Source: a virus (Duplodnaviria; Caudoviricetes). Taken from it: a stretch of 30,979 bases of DNA. Below, one piece after another: positions 6,815-17,168 of this stretch (the first letter of the stretch is position 1; each line of letters opens with the position of its first letter). Both the position numbers and the translations under genes were made by a program. Under the pieces are notes generated by a model. The model saw only the letters and a list, made by a program, of their open reading frames with translations, made no database searches and was not told the DNA's origin. The stretch spans positions 1-30,979 of IMG/VR virus record IMGVR_UViG_3300037424_000154. One strand, 5' to 3'.

Positions 6815-7142
6815 CCCCGCCATCCTTATGCACAGACACCCCGAGTCGATTTCCTAGGAGCTGCTCCAATGCGAATATACCCCGACTGCCCATGTGGCCT
6901 GAGATACCGACGAAAGCGGCTGTAATGAGCGGATGGAACCCGGAAGCCTCGCACAGCCAGAACGTGATTACCCCGACGAACCCGGCTGTCACTATCTCGC
7001 CTACAAGTTCTGTGACGTTGAAGGCCCGTACTGCGCCGGTTCGCATCTTGCGGTAGAACGATACGACGCCTCCCCACACTGCCAGGAAAATAACCCACGC
7101 ATAGGTTATCAGCGAGTAGTTGAACGGGTCTTTCTCCGGCAT
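6807..7142 (-). CDS. Holin
   Basis: MPEKDP start, three hydrophobic segments, GISGHMGSRGIF motif. Confidence 0.9.
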   Translation of the reverse strand: MPEKDPFNYSLITYAWVIFLAVWGGVVSFYRKMRTGAVRAFNVTELVGEIVTAGFVGVITFWLCEASGFHPLITAAFVGISGHMGSRGIFALEQLLGNRLGVSVHKDGGDA

Positions 7143-7158
7143 GGTGCTGGCCCTATTG

Positions 7159-7713
7159 TTACGTTTTAACATGTGTCAACGCCGCTCTCAGTCGGCCCCA
7201 ATCAAACAGCAATCCGGGGTCTTTCTTCCTCCCCGGCGCCACGTCGCTATGCCCGACAATGTTACCCACGGTCACGCCGTGATGCGTCATCAGCTCTGCG
7301 CATAGGTGGCTCAATGCTGCGTACTGGTCGCCAGTATAGCCGCTATCATGCGTGGCGATAAGCTCAATGCCGATGCTCCATGCATTGAGATTGTCACGGC
7401 CACGCCAGGTTGATACCCCAGCGTGATATGCCTGTTTTGTCTCTGGCACCAGCGAATAAACCACGCCGTCCCGGTCTATCATGTAGTGGGCGCTAGCATA
7501 CTGCCTCGGGTTGTTACTTGGCGGCATAACCAGTCCGCGCTCGGCCCCGGCGCTGTTGAGGTCGAGGAGCAGGTCGTAGCATGTGTCCGGGGCGAATTTG
7601 TTGTCCGGCATGGCATAGAGCGCCGAGAAATAGTGAACGACAATCGCACCCACTTTCCCCAGCGGCTTCTGCGAGTAGCAGTATTCCGGCAGCGGACGGT
7701 TAATAATTTGCAT
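7159..7713 (-). CDS. Endolysin, N-acetylmuramoyl-L-alanine amidase (AmpD-like)
   Basis: IVVHY, SAHYMIDRDG, AYHAGVS, SIGIEL, GHSDVAPGRKKDPG. Confidence 0.95.
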   Translation of the reverse strand: MQIINRPLPEYCYSQKPLGKVGAIVVHYFSALYAMPDNKFAPDTCYDLLLDLNSAGAERGLVMPPSNNPRQYASAHYMIDRDGVVYSLVPETKQAYHAGVSTWRGRDNLNAWSIGIELIATHDSGYTGDQYAALSHLCAELMTHHGVTVGNIVGHSDVAPGRKKDPGLLFDWGRLRAALTHVKT

Positions 7714-8087
7714 CAGTCACAATGCCCCTCATCAAATGGATCGAGTAAATGCTCACACAACCAAGTAGCCAGCTTCTTGCGCCAGCAGCTCCCGCGCTTG
7801 TGTCGCGCCAGTCGCGCAGTCAGCAGCCACTCGCCCTCGTTCACAATGTACCGGCCACCGACAAGGCGTGGCGGTTCGAGGAACAGGATTGAGCCCATTG
7901 TGATGTTCGTCAGCGCATCCAGCGGCAGGCCGATTGCCAGCAGCACATAGGCGTTGAATTTTGCGAACGGGTGCAGGCTATGCCTCACGATGCGCAGGTG
8001 CATGATCGCGACGTAGAACAGCCATGTTAGCAGGGTCAGAACGTAGAGCGCGGCGGCGTAGGTGATTAGCTCGATCATGACGGCCAC
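7713..8087 (-). CDS. Membrane protein between the tail and lysis genes
   Basis: Two hydrophobic segments, C-terminal LLDPFDEGHC. Confidence 0.75.
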   Translation of the reverse strand: MAVMIELITYAAALYVLTLLTWLFYVAIMHLRIVRHSLHPFAKFNAYVLLAIGLPLDALTNITMGSILFLEPPRLVGGRYIVNEGEWLLTARLARHKRGSCWRKKLATWLCEHLLDPFDEGHCD

Positions 8088-8554
8088 TCCATCTGGGGGA
8101 GTTCGGCAATCAGCTCTTCGATGGTTGGCTGCGTGCGCTGCCCTGAGTAAACCGCGTCAGCCTGGGCGATGCAGTATAGCCATACCTGAGTACGCCAGGC
8201 CTCGAACGCATCCGCATCCGCAGTGAAAGCGGGGAACGCGCTGTCCCTGTAACTCAGGCATGCGGCAGTGGGCGACATGGTGGCGGTCCCGTACCTGCGG
8301 GCGCGGGCCACGTCGTCAATGTGCATATCGACAGCCAGCTCCAGCTCTGCCTCTATCTCTTTTGTTTTGGCCGCGAGGATAGCGTCCGTCGGGTCGACAA
8401 CAACAATGCCGCCATCGGCAATCTGCAACCAGCCGGCATCCGGTACATCGAACGGCTCGAACCCCTCATCCAGGGCCGCAGCTGCGTCGAACCCGTCCCA
8501 CCCACTGTCACGGGCGGCGATACTGCCTTCCTCTATTTTTGCGTATATTGGCAT
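8075..8554 (-). CDS. Tail fibre assembly/chaperone-like protein
   Basis: Follows the fibre gene; AFEAWRTQVW...PTIEELIAELP.MEWP C-terminus. Confidence 0.7.
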   Translation of the reverse strand: MPIYAKIEEGSIAARDSGWDGFDAAAALDEGFEPFDVPDAGWLQIADGGIVVVDPTDAILAAKTKEIEAELELAVDMHIDDVARARRYGTATMSPTAACLSYRDSAFPAFTADADAFEAWRTQVWLYCIAQADAVYSGQRTQPTIEELIAELPQMEWPS

Positions 8555-10273
8555 TTATGAAATCCTCTTGATGGTGGCAACACCAGAGCAGGGGTTACCA
8601 AAATTCAATGTTCCGAGCGATGACCAGATCGTTGAATTATTGTTCCACTCAGTCGTGTAGTACCGCGCCTCGTTAACACCTGCGACCAGCGCTTTGCAGA
8701 CACCGGTATACCGTTTCAATGCGTTCGCTACGCCCCCGGTTGATCCGATATGCACCTCGCCGGAAAAAAACATAGGCGCATTAACATTGCGCTGCCCGTA
8801 CGCCAGCTGAATCGATGATGCGGAAGCAGTTACAGATGATGGCGTTGCACCAGCAATGACTCGTTCAAAAAACTCGTTAAACTGAGAGGAATATGACGTG
8901 TTGTTCGGGGTCAACGAAATCGCAGTATCGGGACCGGCCATGTCAGTATCGCCGGAAATCATATATATGCCGCCGTTCGTGGTGTTAATCCGTAGCGCCC
9001 TACTCGTCTGACTGGTCCACGAGACGATTGCCGTCTCGCCAGGATGGAGGATAATGTCGACGAGGAGGTCGGAGGTGTCCACGACGTTAGCCAGTTGGCG
9101 GCCGCCAAAGCTGCCGGAGTACGACTTAACCACGAATACGCCCGTGGGTTCGGTGACCTGCCAGGAGCCGGATGAGTAGTAGGTCACCCGCTCTGTGTCA
9201 ATGTAGCTCTTCCCTATCTCGAAGACGACGAATTCCTGGTAACTGGCGGAGGCCTGCACCCAAACATCAACCGCCTGACCCAGAGCATCGGCGGGGGCCA
9301 CCGCCCGAAACATCGGCGCGTATGCGGTGGCCGTCGCTACCATAGACTGCACCCGGATAGCCGATCGTGCGCGGCTGAATGTCGAAGTGTCTTGCCTCAA
9401 GTTAATCATCACGTCGAAATGGCCCGACAAATTGGCCTTCGACAAGACGCGCAACGATACCGTGACATCGCGGTATGTAGTTGTATTCATCTGTACCGTG
9501 GCTACTTTAAACCAATACCCATTGCTGGTCCCATTGCCCGGCAGCGTCGCGACTTGACGACTCACATTGCCACTGCTGCCCGTCGCGACCTCCAGCTGCT
9601 TCAGCTCCGACACCGCAGTTATCGGATTGCCGACGTTCGTGCCGTCGCATTCGAGCAGTCGGGATGAACTCACCGGCACAGTTTTGCCCGTACCGGCAGA
9701 TGTTTTAACCGTCGGCGCGCGAGTGGTCGAGGCATTGTAGAACGTCCACCGGCGGTCCTCGTCGGGGACGATGAGGCTCTTGTCAGTCGTCCAGTTCGAC
9801 AAGTCGAGGTTGATCTTGTCCGCTGTGTACTCGGCTTCGGCCAGGGTGTAGTTGGCATCCGTTGGCGGGGTGACGGTGACTTCGGTTATTGCGCTGCTGG
9901 AGCTTGCCGGAGTGCCCGCGAGCTCGTCGATGGCCGCTTGTACATTCTCTGCCGTCAGTCCTGATTCTGTGTTGTCGTATTCTATGCCTGAGGCTGCCGG
10001 CGCATCATCAAGAACAACGACGTCGTTAAACGTCTGCGTGCTGCCGGCCAGAGTTGCGCTGATATTGTAGCGGCCTGGATCGACGTATACGCGGAAAAAA
10101 CCCTTGCTGTCTGCCGTTACAGGATTCGATACCGCGCTTCCGCCTGACCGCGCATCATAGAGCGATGCGGCAGCTCCGCTACTGGCAACGGTGATTGATA
10201 CAGATGCGCCAGCGGCTACGGAAATATAGCCATTCGCGCTCTGGATATTTGCCTGTATTACGCCGCGTGCCAT
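8555..10273 (-). CDS. Tail fibre / receptor-binding protein
   Basis: N-terminal NPVTADSKG anchor region, SGLTAENVQAAIDELA linker, Ser/Thr-rich beta-type distal part. Confidence 0.8.
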   Translation of the reverse strand: MARGVIQANIQSANGYISVAAGASVSITVASSGAAASLYDARSGGSAVSNPVTADSKGFFRVYVDPGRYNISATLAGSTQTFNDVVVLDDAPAASGIEYDNTESGLTAENVQAAIDELAGTPASSSSAITEVTVTPPTDANYTLAEAEYTADKINLDLSNWTTDKSLIVPDEDRRWTFYNASTTRAPTVKTSAGTGKTVPVSSSRLLECDGTNVGNPITAVSELKQLEVATGSSGNVSRQVATLPGNGTSNGYWFKVATVQMNTTTYRDVTVSLRVLSKANLSGHFDVMINLRQDTSTFSRARSAIRVQSMVATATAYAPMFRAVAPADALGQAVDVWVQASASYQEFVVFEIGKSYIDTERVTYYSSGSWQVTEPTGVFVVKSYSGSFGGRQLANVVDTSDLLVDIILHPGETAIVSWTSQTSRALRINTTNGGIYMISGDTDMAGPDTAISLTPNNTSYSSQFNEFFERVIAGATPSSVTASASSIQLAYGQRNVNAPMFFSGEVHIGSTGGVANALKRYTGVCKALVAGVNEARYYTTEWNNNSTIWSSLGTLNFGNPCSGVATIKRIS

Positions 10274-10337
10274 GTTCAGCCCTCGCAGTGTAGGTTAATC
10301 TGGCTCAGTAGTGCGAGCACGCGTGAGAGGTAGGATT

Positions 10338-11456
10338 TCATAGTTTTGCCCCGACAATGAACAGATTATCAACTGCCTCAGCATCCAGTCCGAGAGCAGG
10401 CGCGAGCACATCAATCAGCTGGCTAATACGCATTACGTCAGATGCGTATTCCCACTCAATCATCGCCATGCTTTTTAGCGGCTCATCCAGGCTCGCAATG
10501 GCTGCGTCCACGTCTACCAGTTTGCCGATACTCAGCAGGGCCAGGCGACATTGGCGCATTGTGACGCGCATGGAGGCGCGGGCCTCAGCTAGCAGCTGCT
10601 CTGGCGTTATAACGTCAGGCTCTCCAATCTCCCACTCGACAAAATCAACGCCGGGGGGCGTATGCATCCCGGTTACCGTTGCGCCGATTTTGATTGCGCC
10701 GTTGTGCAGAGCTGTCGTAATGTCGCCAGTGCTGAGCGTGGTGATTTTTTCATCAAACGGGTTGAGCATGACGACGCGGTAATCACCGTCCATCACATCA
10801 ATCGCCCACGGGTGTGGGTATAGCGGCATGTCAGCCTGCTTGACGGCCTGCGTTATCTCCACATCCCCGCGCCACCCTCTACCCTGTTCGTCATAACGGT
10901 CTGCGGCGATGTCAGTAGGCCCATGATACGCCCACGGCGGGTCTTCTGCTGCGGATGCGGCAATCACTTTGCCCGCGGCGTTGTCGATAGCGGCGAACAC
11001 GAACAGGGGGATATTGCCGTCGCCGAGGTTGTATGGGGGGGATGCCTGGATGTAGCGGCTGTAGAGGTAGGCGGTTCTTGAGGAAAGAGAATCTGAATTA
11101 GCAAATCTAACAACCGTCCCGTATGTACCAGCTAGCGGCCGAGTGGTAATTTCTTCAGAGGCACCATTTCCAGGGAACCAACCGAAAGTGTAATCCCCCC
11201 CCGCTGCCGATATGTTAGCGACGCCTTCAGCGGGCACACTCACCGACTGGCTAGCCGTTGTGGATTTCAATTTAGCGCGACTGATGGCCCCGCTCCCCAC
11301 CATCGCCTCAACGACATATCCATCTGCAAGCACAGGAGCGCCGGCAGCTTTTTCAAACATCGCTATCGGATTGTCGCGAAACCGCGTAAATAACGTTGTT
11401 GTACCTGGCGACTCTGGATCGATGTCGCTGTCAGGGATTGCTGTATATGACGTCAT
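10338..11456 (-). CDS. Tail tip/fibre protein with a C-terminal chaperone-like domain
   Basis: YTAIPDSDIDPESP...RDNPIA N-terminus; C-terminal VTMRQCRLAL...IEWEYA...DNLF. Confidence 0.7.
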   Translation of the reverse strand: MTSYTAIPDSDIDPESPGTTTLFTRFRDNPIAMFEKAAGAPVLADGYVVEAMVGSGAISRAKLKSTTASQSVSVPAEGVANISAAGGDYTFGWFPGNGASEEITTRPLAGTYGTVVRFANSDSLSSRTAYLYSRYIQASPPYNLGDGNIPLFVFAAIDNAAGKVIAASAAEDPPWAYHGPTDIAADRYDEQGRGWRGDVEITQAVKQADMPLYPHPWAIDVMDGDYRVVMLNPFDEKITTLSTGDITTALHNGAIKIGATVTGMHTPPGVDFVEWEIGEPDVITPEQLLAEARASMRVTMRQCRLALLSIGKLVDVDAAIASLDEPLKSMAMIEWEYASDVMRISQLIDVLAPALGLDAEAVDNLFIVGAKL

Positions 11457-11659
11457 TCAACTATCCTCTGCATTCTCCGCGTGATTGGCTTGCCGCAAAT
11501 CACGTGGTAGTCATCTACGCTTTCGGTCTCTACAGGAACGCCATTCACTGTGGCCCTTGCCATCCCGAGATAGTGATCGCATTTCAGGCAATGCGCGGCT
11601 CTGCGCAACGCAAATCCAGCAAGCGGGCATGGGATGATTATTGTGTCGTCGATTTTCAT
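11453..11659 (-). CDS. Small Cys-containing tail-region protein
   Basis: CP...CLKC...C; ATGA overlaps at both ends. Confidence 0.7.
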   Translation of the reverse strand: MKIDDTIIIPCPLAGFALRRAAHCLKCDHYLGMARATVNGVPVETESVDDYHVICGKPITRRMQRIVE

Positions 11660-13422
11660 ATTATTTTGTACGCCTTTTCTCCATCAAGGAATACGCCAGT
11701 ATCGTAGCAGATAAAGCCGTATTTTTCGCGCTGCTCATCAGTCGCGCTCGAATAATCAGGCGTTCCATCCGGGGCAATAAACCAATACCGCCCTGTGAAT
11801 GACGAAGTAAGCGCCTTCACTTTCAGCTTGTGACCAGGATCAATCTCGTCTATTTCCAGAACCTGATATTTGCGCGGATCATTCGATCCGCTGAAATCTT
11901 GGAATTGCCATGAGTCCAATTCAACGCGCACACCCATGCCTATCTTTGCGTCGTCCTTGGCGTAAATCTCGAATTCAACAATTTCAGGCGTGTCAGAAAA
12001 CCTGGCAAGAAGCCTGCCCGCCAATTGAGACGCTTGGGCGGCGTCAGAAATCCAGCGCGACAATATGACCTTAATTGAGCTGCTTCCGTATCTGTCCTCG
12101 CCGGAGCGCGACAGGTCTACAGATAATTGAGTCTGCGCGAAATTCTCTATCTCATCCTTTTCAGAGTAGTCAATTTTGTTATACCAGACCTGAATCTCGG
12201 TGAAACGCTTCTTAGAATCACGTTTGATTTTCAGCGAATCCTTGGCGATGTGATAGCCTTCGGTCAGCGTGCTGAGTGTTACGCCTGGCGGTTCAGGGGA
12301 AAGAGCCTTAATCTGCACCTCTTGATCTGTCGCGCTCCACCAGATATCGAACATGAACTGCTCAGACCATTCGGCAATCAGTTTGTCTATATCCTCCGGC
12401 TTCATTAGGATTCCAGACAATACAGCCGATGACATCCATTGGCTCTTTTCAATGTCCCAGCTCTTATCTATTCCAGTTGCGCCATTGTCATAGGGCAGAT
12501 AGGCGCTAGGGAACCCGGCGCCAGTACTCAGCACCTGGTAGAGCGCATCGACTGCATTTGTATTCGTCCACGTCACGCACAGTTGCGCGGTATCGCCTTC
12601 CTCGTGCGCTTTGTCCTCTGTTCCGTATTGCCCATGCCCGGTGAATGTCAGCACGTCGCCTGAGCGCGTAAACGATTTAACCTCTTTGCCGATTGATACA
12701 TAACCGGATGCCGGGTATTCGCTGTTTCCGATCCCCGCAGGCAGGAGCGTAGCTGATGCGGCGCTCGCGGTAATATCAGCGGACAGCCTTCCGTTACTCA
12801 ATGCCGGGTATTTTTGCTTCTCGCCGTAGGTGCGGACAAGCGCGTCCTTTCCTGTGATAGACACCTTGCCGCGCGTCGGGCCTGATATGTCTTGGATATC
12901 GTATTCTTCGACGGTGAAATTGTCCCACGAAAAAGGAGTGGTCAGATATCCGTGATATACCTTGATTGTGCGGCCTTCGTAATACGGATTGCGGCGCAGC
13001 TTTTTCCCCCAATATGTGCCGAGCGATTCGGCATCATAGGTGCGCTCGTTCCAGTACGGATCTTCACCTCGGTCATGGTGCGGAAAATCCTTAATGCCAA
13101 CACGCACCACGGCGCGGTTTCCAAGCCCCTTGCCAGCGGTTATGGAAGTTGGTGACTTCTCCGGAGTTCCATCGAGCGCCGGAATCATATTGATACCAAC
13201 AGGCAGATTGCTACGCGGCTGGCAATACAGATATTCCTGGGTGGTGCGCGTGTAGTTGGGCGTATCGTTGCAGGTTGGATAGGTGTTATAGCATTTATCG
13301 TCGCCCGTCTCCGTAGCGGTACACGGAAAGCCGCCAGCGGTCAGGCTGCATTTGTCCAGCACGAGACCGACAACGACAAACGGCTCTTTGCCTAGCTTGT
13401 CTTTCTCTGAATCGTAACTCAC
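11656..13422 (-). CDS. Tail tip / hub protein
   Basis: 588 aa, N-terminal Cys cluster (C..KCYNT..TC), position after the TMP. Confidence 0.8.
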   Translation of the reverse strand: MSYDSEKDKLGKEPFVVVGLVLDKCSLTAGGFPCTATETGDDKCYNTYPTCNDTPNYTRTTQEYLYCQPRSNLPVGINMIPALDGTPEKSPTSITAGKGLGNRAVVRVGIKDFPHHDRGEDPYWNERTYDAESLGTYWGKKLRRNPYYEGRTIKVYHGYLTTPFSWDNFTVEEYDIQDISGPTRGKVSITGKDALVRTYGEKQKYPALSNGRLSADITASAASATLLPAGIGNSEYPASGYVSIGKEVKSFTRSGDVLTFTGHGQYGTEDKAHEEGDTAQLCVTWTNTNAVDALYQVLSTGAGFPSAYLPYDNGATGIDKSWDIEKSQWMSSAVLSGILMKPEDIDKLIAEWSEQFMFDIWWSATDQEVQIKALSPEPPGVTLSTLTEGYHIAKDSLKIKRDSKKRFTEIQVWYNKIDYSEKDEIENFAQTQLSVDLSRSGEDRYGSSSIKVILSRWISDAAQASQLAGRLLARFSDTPEIVEFEIYAKDDAKIGMGVRVELDSWQFQDFSGSNDPRKYQVLEIDEIDPGHKLKVKALTSSFTGRYWFIAPDGTPDYSSATDEQREKYGFICYDTGVFLDGEKAYKII

Positions 13423-14216
13423 AGCATGCCCTCATAATCCAGCGTTGCCGTCATGTAGTTCGGCGTAGAGTATGCGGGCTTCCCGACCTTGTCTTTCTTC
13501 CATATCAGCACGGTCTCAGATGGCCGGTTTAGGTAGTCCCATGCGAACGCGCACGGATAGCCGTTATTGAGGTGATCAATCAGCCCCTGCCATGATTCGC
13601 GCACCCATGCCGCAGAAATGTTTGATAGGGAAATGGTGCCGCTTACGCCTGTTCTAAGATTGGACACGCCCAGGTTGACGCCAAGTTCAGACATCGCCGT
13701 TTTGCTCTCAATGTCAGGCGACAGCGACGGAGGCGCGAAGCCGGCTGTAATGTCTCGCTCAAATACCATGGCCTCACCTATCATGACGCCGGCAATGATC
13801 GATTGCCCTGTTGATGTGACAACAAGACACCTCCAGTCCGCAGCAGAGACAGAATCGAAACCGATAAAAATAGTGTTCCCGTTTGCAGGAGCTGTAGCAG
13901 TTGCTGCATCGTTCCACGTGGAGCCGCCATCTGTCGAATACTGCGGTTTTACGCTGCCTCCAACACCATGGAGATTGTGCCCGAAGACGCACATGTAATC
14001 AGCAGAGGCAGCAGACGCGAAGGACGCGCGTAGCCAGCTTGTGCCGGCCGCCGACTGCTTCCACCAATCGTACTGTTTCCAGTCATAGGCGTTTTCCTTC
14101 TCATATCCTGAGACCTCGTCAGAGGCCGCTACAGTCACTCCTGAATCCGTGAATAGGTTGTGGTAGCCGATGCGGCCATTTCCCTGTTGGGCGCCTGACA
14201 GGACTATAACGGTCAT
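13419..14216 (-). CDS. Distal tail-type structural protein
   Basis: Immediately after the TMP, translationally coupled. Confidence 0.7.
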   Translation of the reverse strand: MTVIVLSGAQQGNGRIGYHNLFTDSGVTVAASDEVSGYEKENAYDWKQYDWWKQSAAGTSWLRASFASAASADYMCVFGHNLHGVGGSVKPQYSTDGGSTWNDAATATAPANGNTIFIGFDSVSAADWRCLVVTSTGQSIIAGVMIGEAMVFERDITAGFAPPSLSPDIESKTAMSELGVNLGVSNLRTGVSGTISLSNISAAWVRESWQGLIDHLNNGYPCAFAWDYLNRPSETVLIWKKDKVGKPAYSTPNYMTATLDYEGML

Positions 14217-16321
14217 GACAGCACCAGATCAACGTCGCTGCCCATATCTCGCAGCGTCTCTCCAAGATCTGCGGCGAATTTACGCATAGCGTTGGAGTGG
14301 ATTGATTCACCTTCGAAAGTGACGCGAACCTCTTTTGCCGCCGGCTTTTCTTCCTGCCGCATAGGCTGTCCGGCTGGCCCTGCGCCGCCGTTGAAGTCTG
14401 CGCCAATATTCACAGCCCCTCCGCTTCCGACGCTTACGCCACCACCGCCGCCGTATGACGCTGACTGCAAAGAGCCAATCATTGACCCGGTCTTTAGTAG
14501 TGATGCGGAGGCATACCCTGCCGCAACAAGCGGCGCCCACGGCCCGCCAGTTGACATGCCAGCGTCCCATGCGGCAATAGCAGCGGAGTATCCATCGATA
14601 ACTGCGCGCGATATTGCCGCGGCCTTCCCGATCTCAAACATCTGTTTTGATCCGGACGACATAAGGCCGATCGCGCTACTCCAGAAAGATTGTTCCGCCT
14701 GTTGCTTTGCGCGCATTTCTTGCTCTTTGATCGATATTCTTGCGTTCGCGGCATCCTCCTCGATCTTGAGCATCTTTTCTTCGAATTCCCACTGAGCCTC
14801 AAAGGCGAGCTGTCGCGCCTCTTCCTCTGAGACGATTCCGTACTCTTCAAGCTCAGCGAGCTTTGCCTGCTTTTCTTGGTATGCGATAAGAGCTAATTCT
14901 TGATCGTCTGCGTAATGCTTGCGCATCATATCAAGTTGGCGCTCAAGCTTTTCTCGATCATCATCGCTAATCTTCGCTGGCGCAGATGATGCTGCCGCGG
15001 CGTATTCCCTTGCTTTTCGCTCTTCTTCGACCTGTTTTATTGTTTCTGCGGCTTTTACTTCTGACTCGGCCTTTTTCTCTACGGCGTCCTTCTCTTCCCA
15101 TATCTTTGATATGCGCGCATCAGCTTCTTTGCGCTGTTCCCTTCTCGCGGCAAGCACCGTTTCAACGGATTGCCAATCAAGCGTTGACACAGCAACTGCG
15201 ATTGCGGCATAAGCTCCCAGCATGTCGCCAAGGTCTCCGACTTCTTCTGAAGCTGTTGCGGCGACTTTACCAGCCCAGGTCAATGACTGAGCCGTAAACC
15301 TTAGTGCAGGATCGAACGTGTTCCCAAGTATCAGTGCCACGCGCTCCCAAGATGATCCCATGGCTTTGATATCGCCGTCGAGGTTATTGGTATTGATTCG
15401 CGCCTGCTCATATGCCGTAGACGTGCCGGTAAGCGCCCGCGTAAGCTCACCTACTTTATCGGCCTGCTCAATGAGCGCAGTGGCGGCTGTGATAGATTCC
15501 TGTCCGAAAAGATCCATTTTCTCGGTAGTCGTAAGGTTTGCATCGCGCAGATTAAGAAGGGCTCTCTCAAGGCCGACAATCTCGGGATTGAACTCGTCGC
15601 GCCCATCCTTAGCGAGCTTTAGCAGAACTCCGCGCAGGCCTGTTCCAGCCTCGGCGCCTTTGAGCGAGTTTGCAGAAAGCGCCTGTATTGCTGCGTTTGT
15701 TTCCTCAAAAGACAAGCTCATCGATGCCGCTACGGCACCCGCATTTTTCATTGCTTCGGCGGTCTCATTTATTTCTGACGATCCGAATTTTGCGCCGGCC
15801 GCTAAGACGTTTATATACCTACTAGCCTGCTCTGCGCCTGCGCCAAACTGATTGAGCGAGCCAGCAAGAGCCGTTGCAGCATCAGGCAATTGCATTCCTG
15901 ATGCCTCGGCAAGCGTTAAAACTTCGCGGGTCACTTGAGCTAGAGCATCCCGACTAGCCAAAAGTTCCGGCTTGGCAGACGCAACCAACTTAAACGCCTG
16001 CACAACCTCTGACGCCATGAACGTAGTAGACGCGCCCATCTGTAGCGCCTGTTCGCGGTAGAATTTCAAGTCTTGGCCTGTTGCGCCTGTTATGGACGAA
16101 AGCTCACTAACCGCTTTTGAAAACTCTCTGTGAGCGTCAATGACCTTCCATACAGCAACATAAACAGCAGCCAAAGAGGCGTATTTTTTGAAAGCCGAAA
16201 GTAATTTGTCGGTTGCTTTCTCTGTCTTTTTTGCCTGATTGCCGAATTTGTCCAGCTCCTGCCTGCCTTCCTTAACTTGGCTGGAATCAACAGCAAGACC
16301 GATATTGACTAAATCAACCAT
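14213..16321 (-). CDS. Tape measure protein
   Basis: 702 aa, Ala-rich helical, TP901-like core (INVLAAGAKFGSSEI, GAEAGTGLRGVL). Confidence 0.95.
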   Translation of the reverse strand: MVDLVNIGLAVDSSQVKEGRQELDKFGNQAKKTEKATDKLLSAFKKYASLAAVYVAVWKVIDAHREFSKAVSELSSITGATGQDLKFYREQALQMGASTTFMASEVVQAFKLVASAKPELLASRDALAQVTREVLTLAEASGMQLPDAATALAGSLNQFGAGAEQASRYINVLAAGAKFGSSEINETAEAMKNAGAVAASMSLSFEETNAAIQALSANSLKGAEAGTGLRGVLLKLAKDGRDEFNPEIVGLERALLNLRDANLTTTEKMDLFGQESITAATALIEQADKVGELTRALTGTSTAYEQARINTNNLDGDIKAMGSSWERVALILGNTFDPALRFTAQSLTWAGKVAATASEEVGDLGDMLGAYAAIAVAVSTLDWQSVETVLAARREQRKEADARISKIWEEKDAVEKKAESEVKAAETIKQVEEERKAREYAAAASSAPAKISDDDREKLERQLDMMRKHYADDQELALIAYQEKQAKLAELEEYGIVSEEEARQLAFEAQWEFEEKMLKIEEDAANARISIKEQEMRAKQQAEQSFWSSAIGLMSSGSKQMFEIGKAAAISRAVIDGYSAAIAAWDAGMSTGGPWAPLVAAGYASASLLKTGSMIGSLQSASYGGGGGVSVGSGGAVNIGADFNGGAGPAGQPMRQEEKPAAKEVRVTFEGESIHSNAMRKFAADLGETLRDMGSDVDLVLS

Positions 16322-16322
16322 C

Positions 16323-16763
16323 TTATTTCCTCAGCATGGCAAACAGTGATTTCATTTTTCCCTCTACCTGCTCTCTGTTTGGCGGTGTCTCGATATGAGG
16401 AGACGTGCAGCCTGGGTCGATTGATTCGTAATACTGAGACACATAGCAAGTCGATAAATGCCTCAGCGACTCAGCTGTTCCAGGGCTTATATCAGAGCCT
16501 GTAACGTCCATCCACGCTCTTAACTCTTCCCACGATAGGGATGCTATCCTTTCGCCGCTTAGCCTAGCCTCGCCTATCTCAAACAGTAGAGAGGTGAAGT
16601 AAACAGCCTCCCCCAAGTCTGGCAATTGGTAATCGGGGTCGCATCCTTGCGACTCTGCCGCTATCTCTAACTGCGCCCGTCTGGATTTCTTCGCGCCTTT
16701 AGGTGTTGCGTTTAGCCATGCAAGCTGCCTGACATACAGTTCAGCAACCTCTAGGCACTCGGA
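16323..16763 (-). CDS. Tail assembly chaperone GT, -1 frameshift extension
   Basis: The -1 frame is open from T TTT TTT (16769-16763) through SECLEVAELYVRQLAWLNATP into the 16323-16625 ORF. Confidence 0.85.
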   Translation of the reverse strand, partial: SECLEVAELYVRQLAWLNATPKGAKKSRRAQLEIAAESQGCDPDYQLPDLGEAVYFTSLLFEIGEARLSGERIASLSWEELRAWMDVTGSDISPGTAESLRHLSTCYVSQYYESIDPGCTSPHIETPPNREQVEGKMKSLFAMLRK

Positions 16764-17164
16764 AAAAAATTTGCCCGGTCTCCGATAAAGACATCAACCT
16801 GCTCACGAATCCATGGATATTTCATGAACAGGTCGAACGCCGCCTCTTTTGTGAAAGCGATCGCCTCCCCGTCTTCAACGAGGCCCGTCCATTCGACAGT
16901 GCATTCGGCCAGCAGCTCGCAGGTGTCTTCATCACTCATGGTGTGGTCGATGTTTTTGGACTTGGTGCGCCTCATTTTATGGAAGCGCTTGCGCTGAAAC
17001 TCACGGTTCTTTTCGCGCCACGCCTTGCTGTCCACGCCAAGAACCTTGATAGCTACCGGCCGACTATCGTCGTCAGTGAGCGCTTCGCCAGTAGCGGGAT
17101 TCTCCAGCTCGCACCATGCGCCCTGCTCCGCCTGCTTCGATACGTTAAATTTGCTCAGGTCCAT
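16751..17164 (-). CDS. Tail assembly chaperone G
   Basis: Lies between the major tail gene and the TMP; ends PWIREQVDVFIGDRANFF with a slippery site. Confidence 0.9.
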   Translation of the reverse strand: MDLSKFNVSKQAEQGAWCELENPATGEALTDDDSRPVAIKVLGVDSKAWREKNREFQRKRFHKMRRTKSKNIDHTMSDEDTCELLAECTVEWTGLVEDGEAIAFTKEAAFDLFMKYPWIREQVDVFIGDRANFFPSA

Positions 17165-17168
17165 GCGT

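Noticed and set aside
7143-7172. Dual-start holin/antiholin
   Set aside because: The upstream start lies inside the amidase gene without a clear RBS; MPEKDP is the family-typical start
8555-11456. Diversity-generating retroelement acting on the tail fibres
   Set aside because: No reverse transcriptase ORF and no TR/VR repeat pair seen
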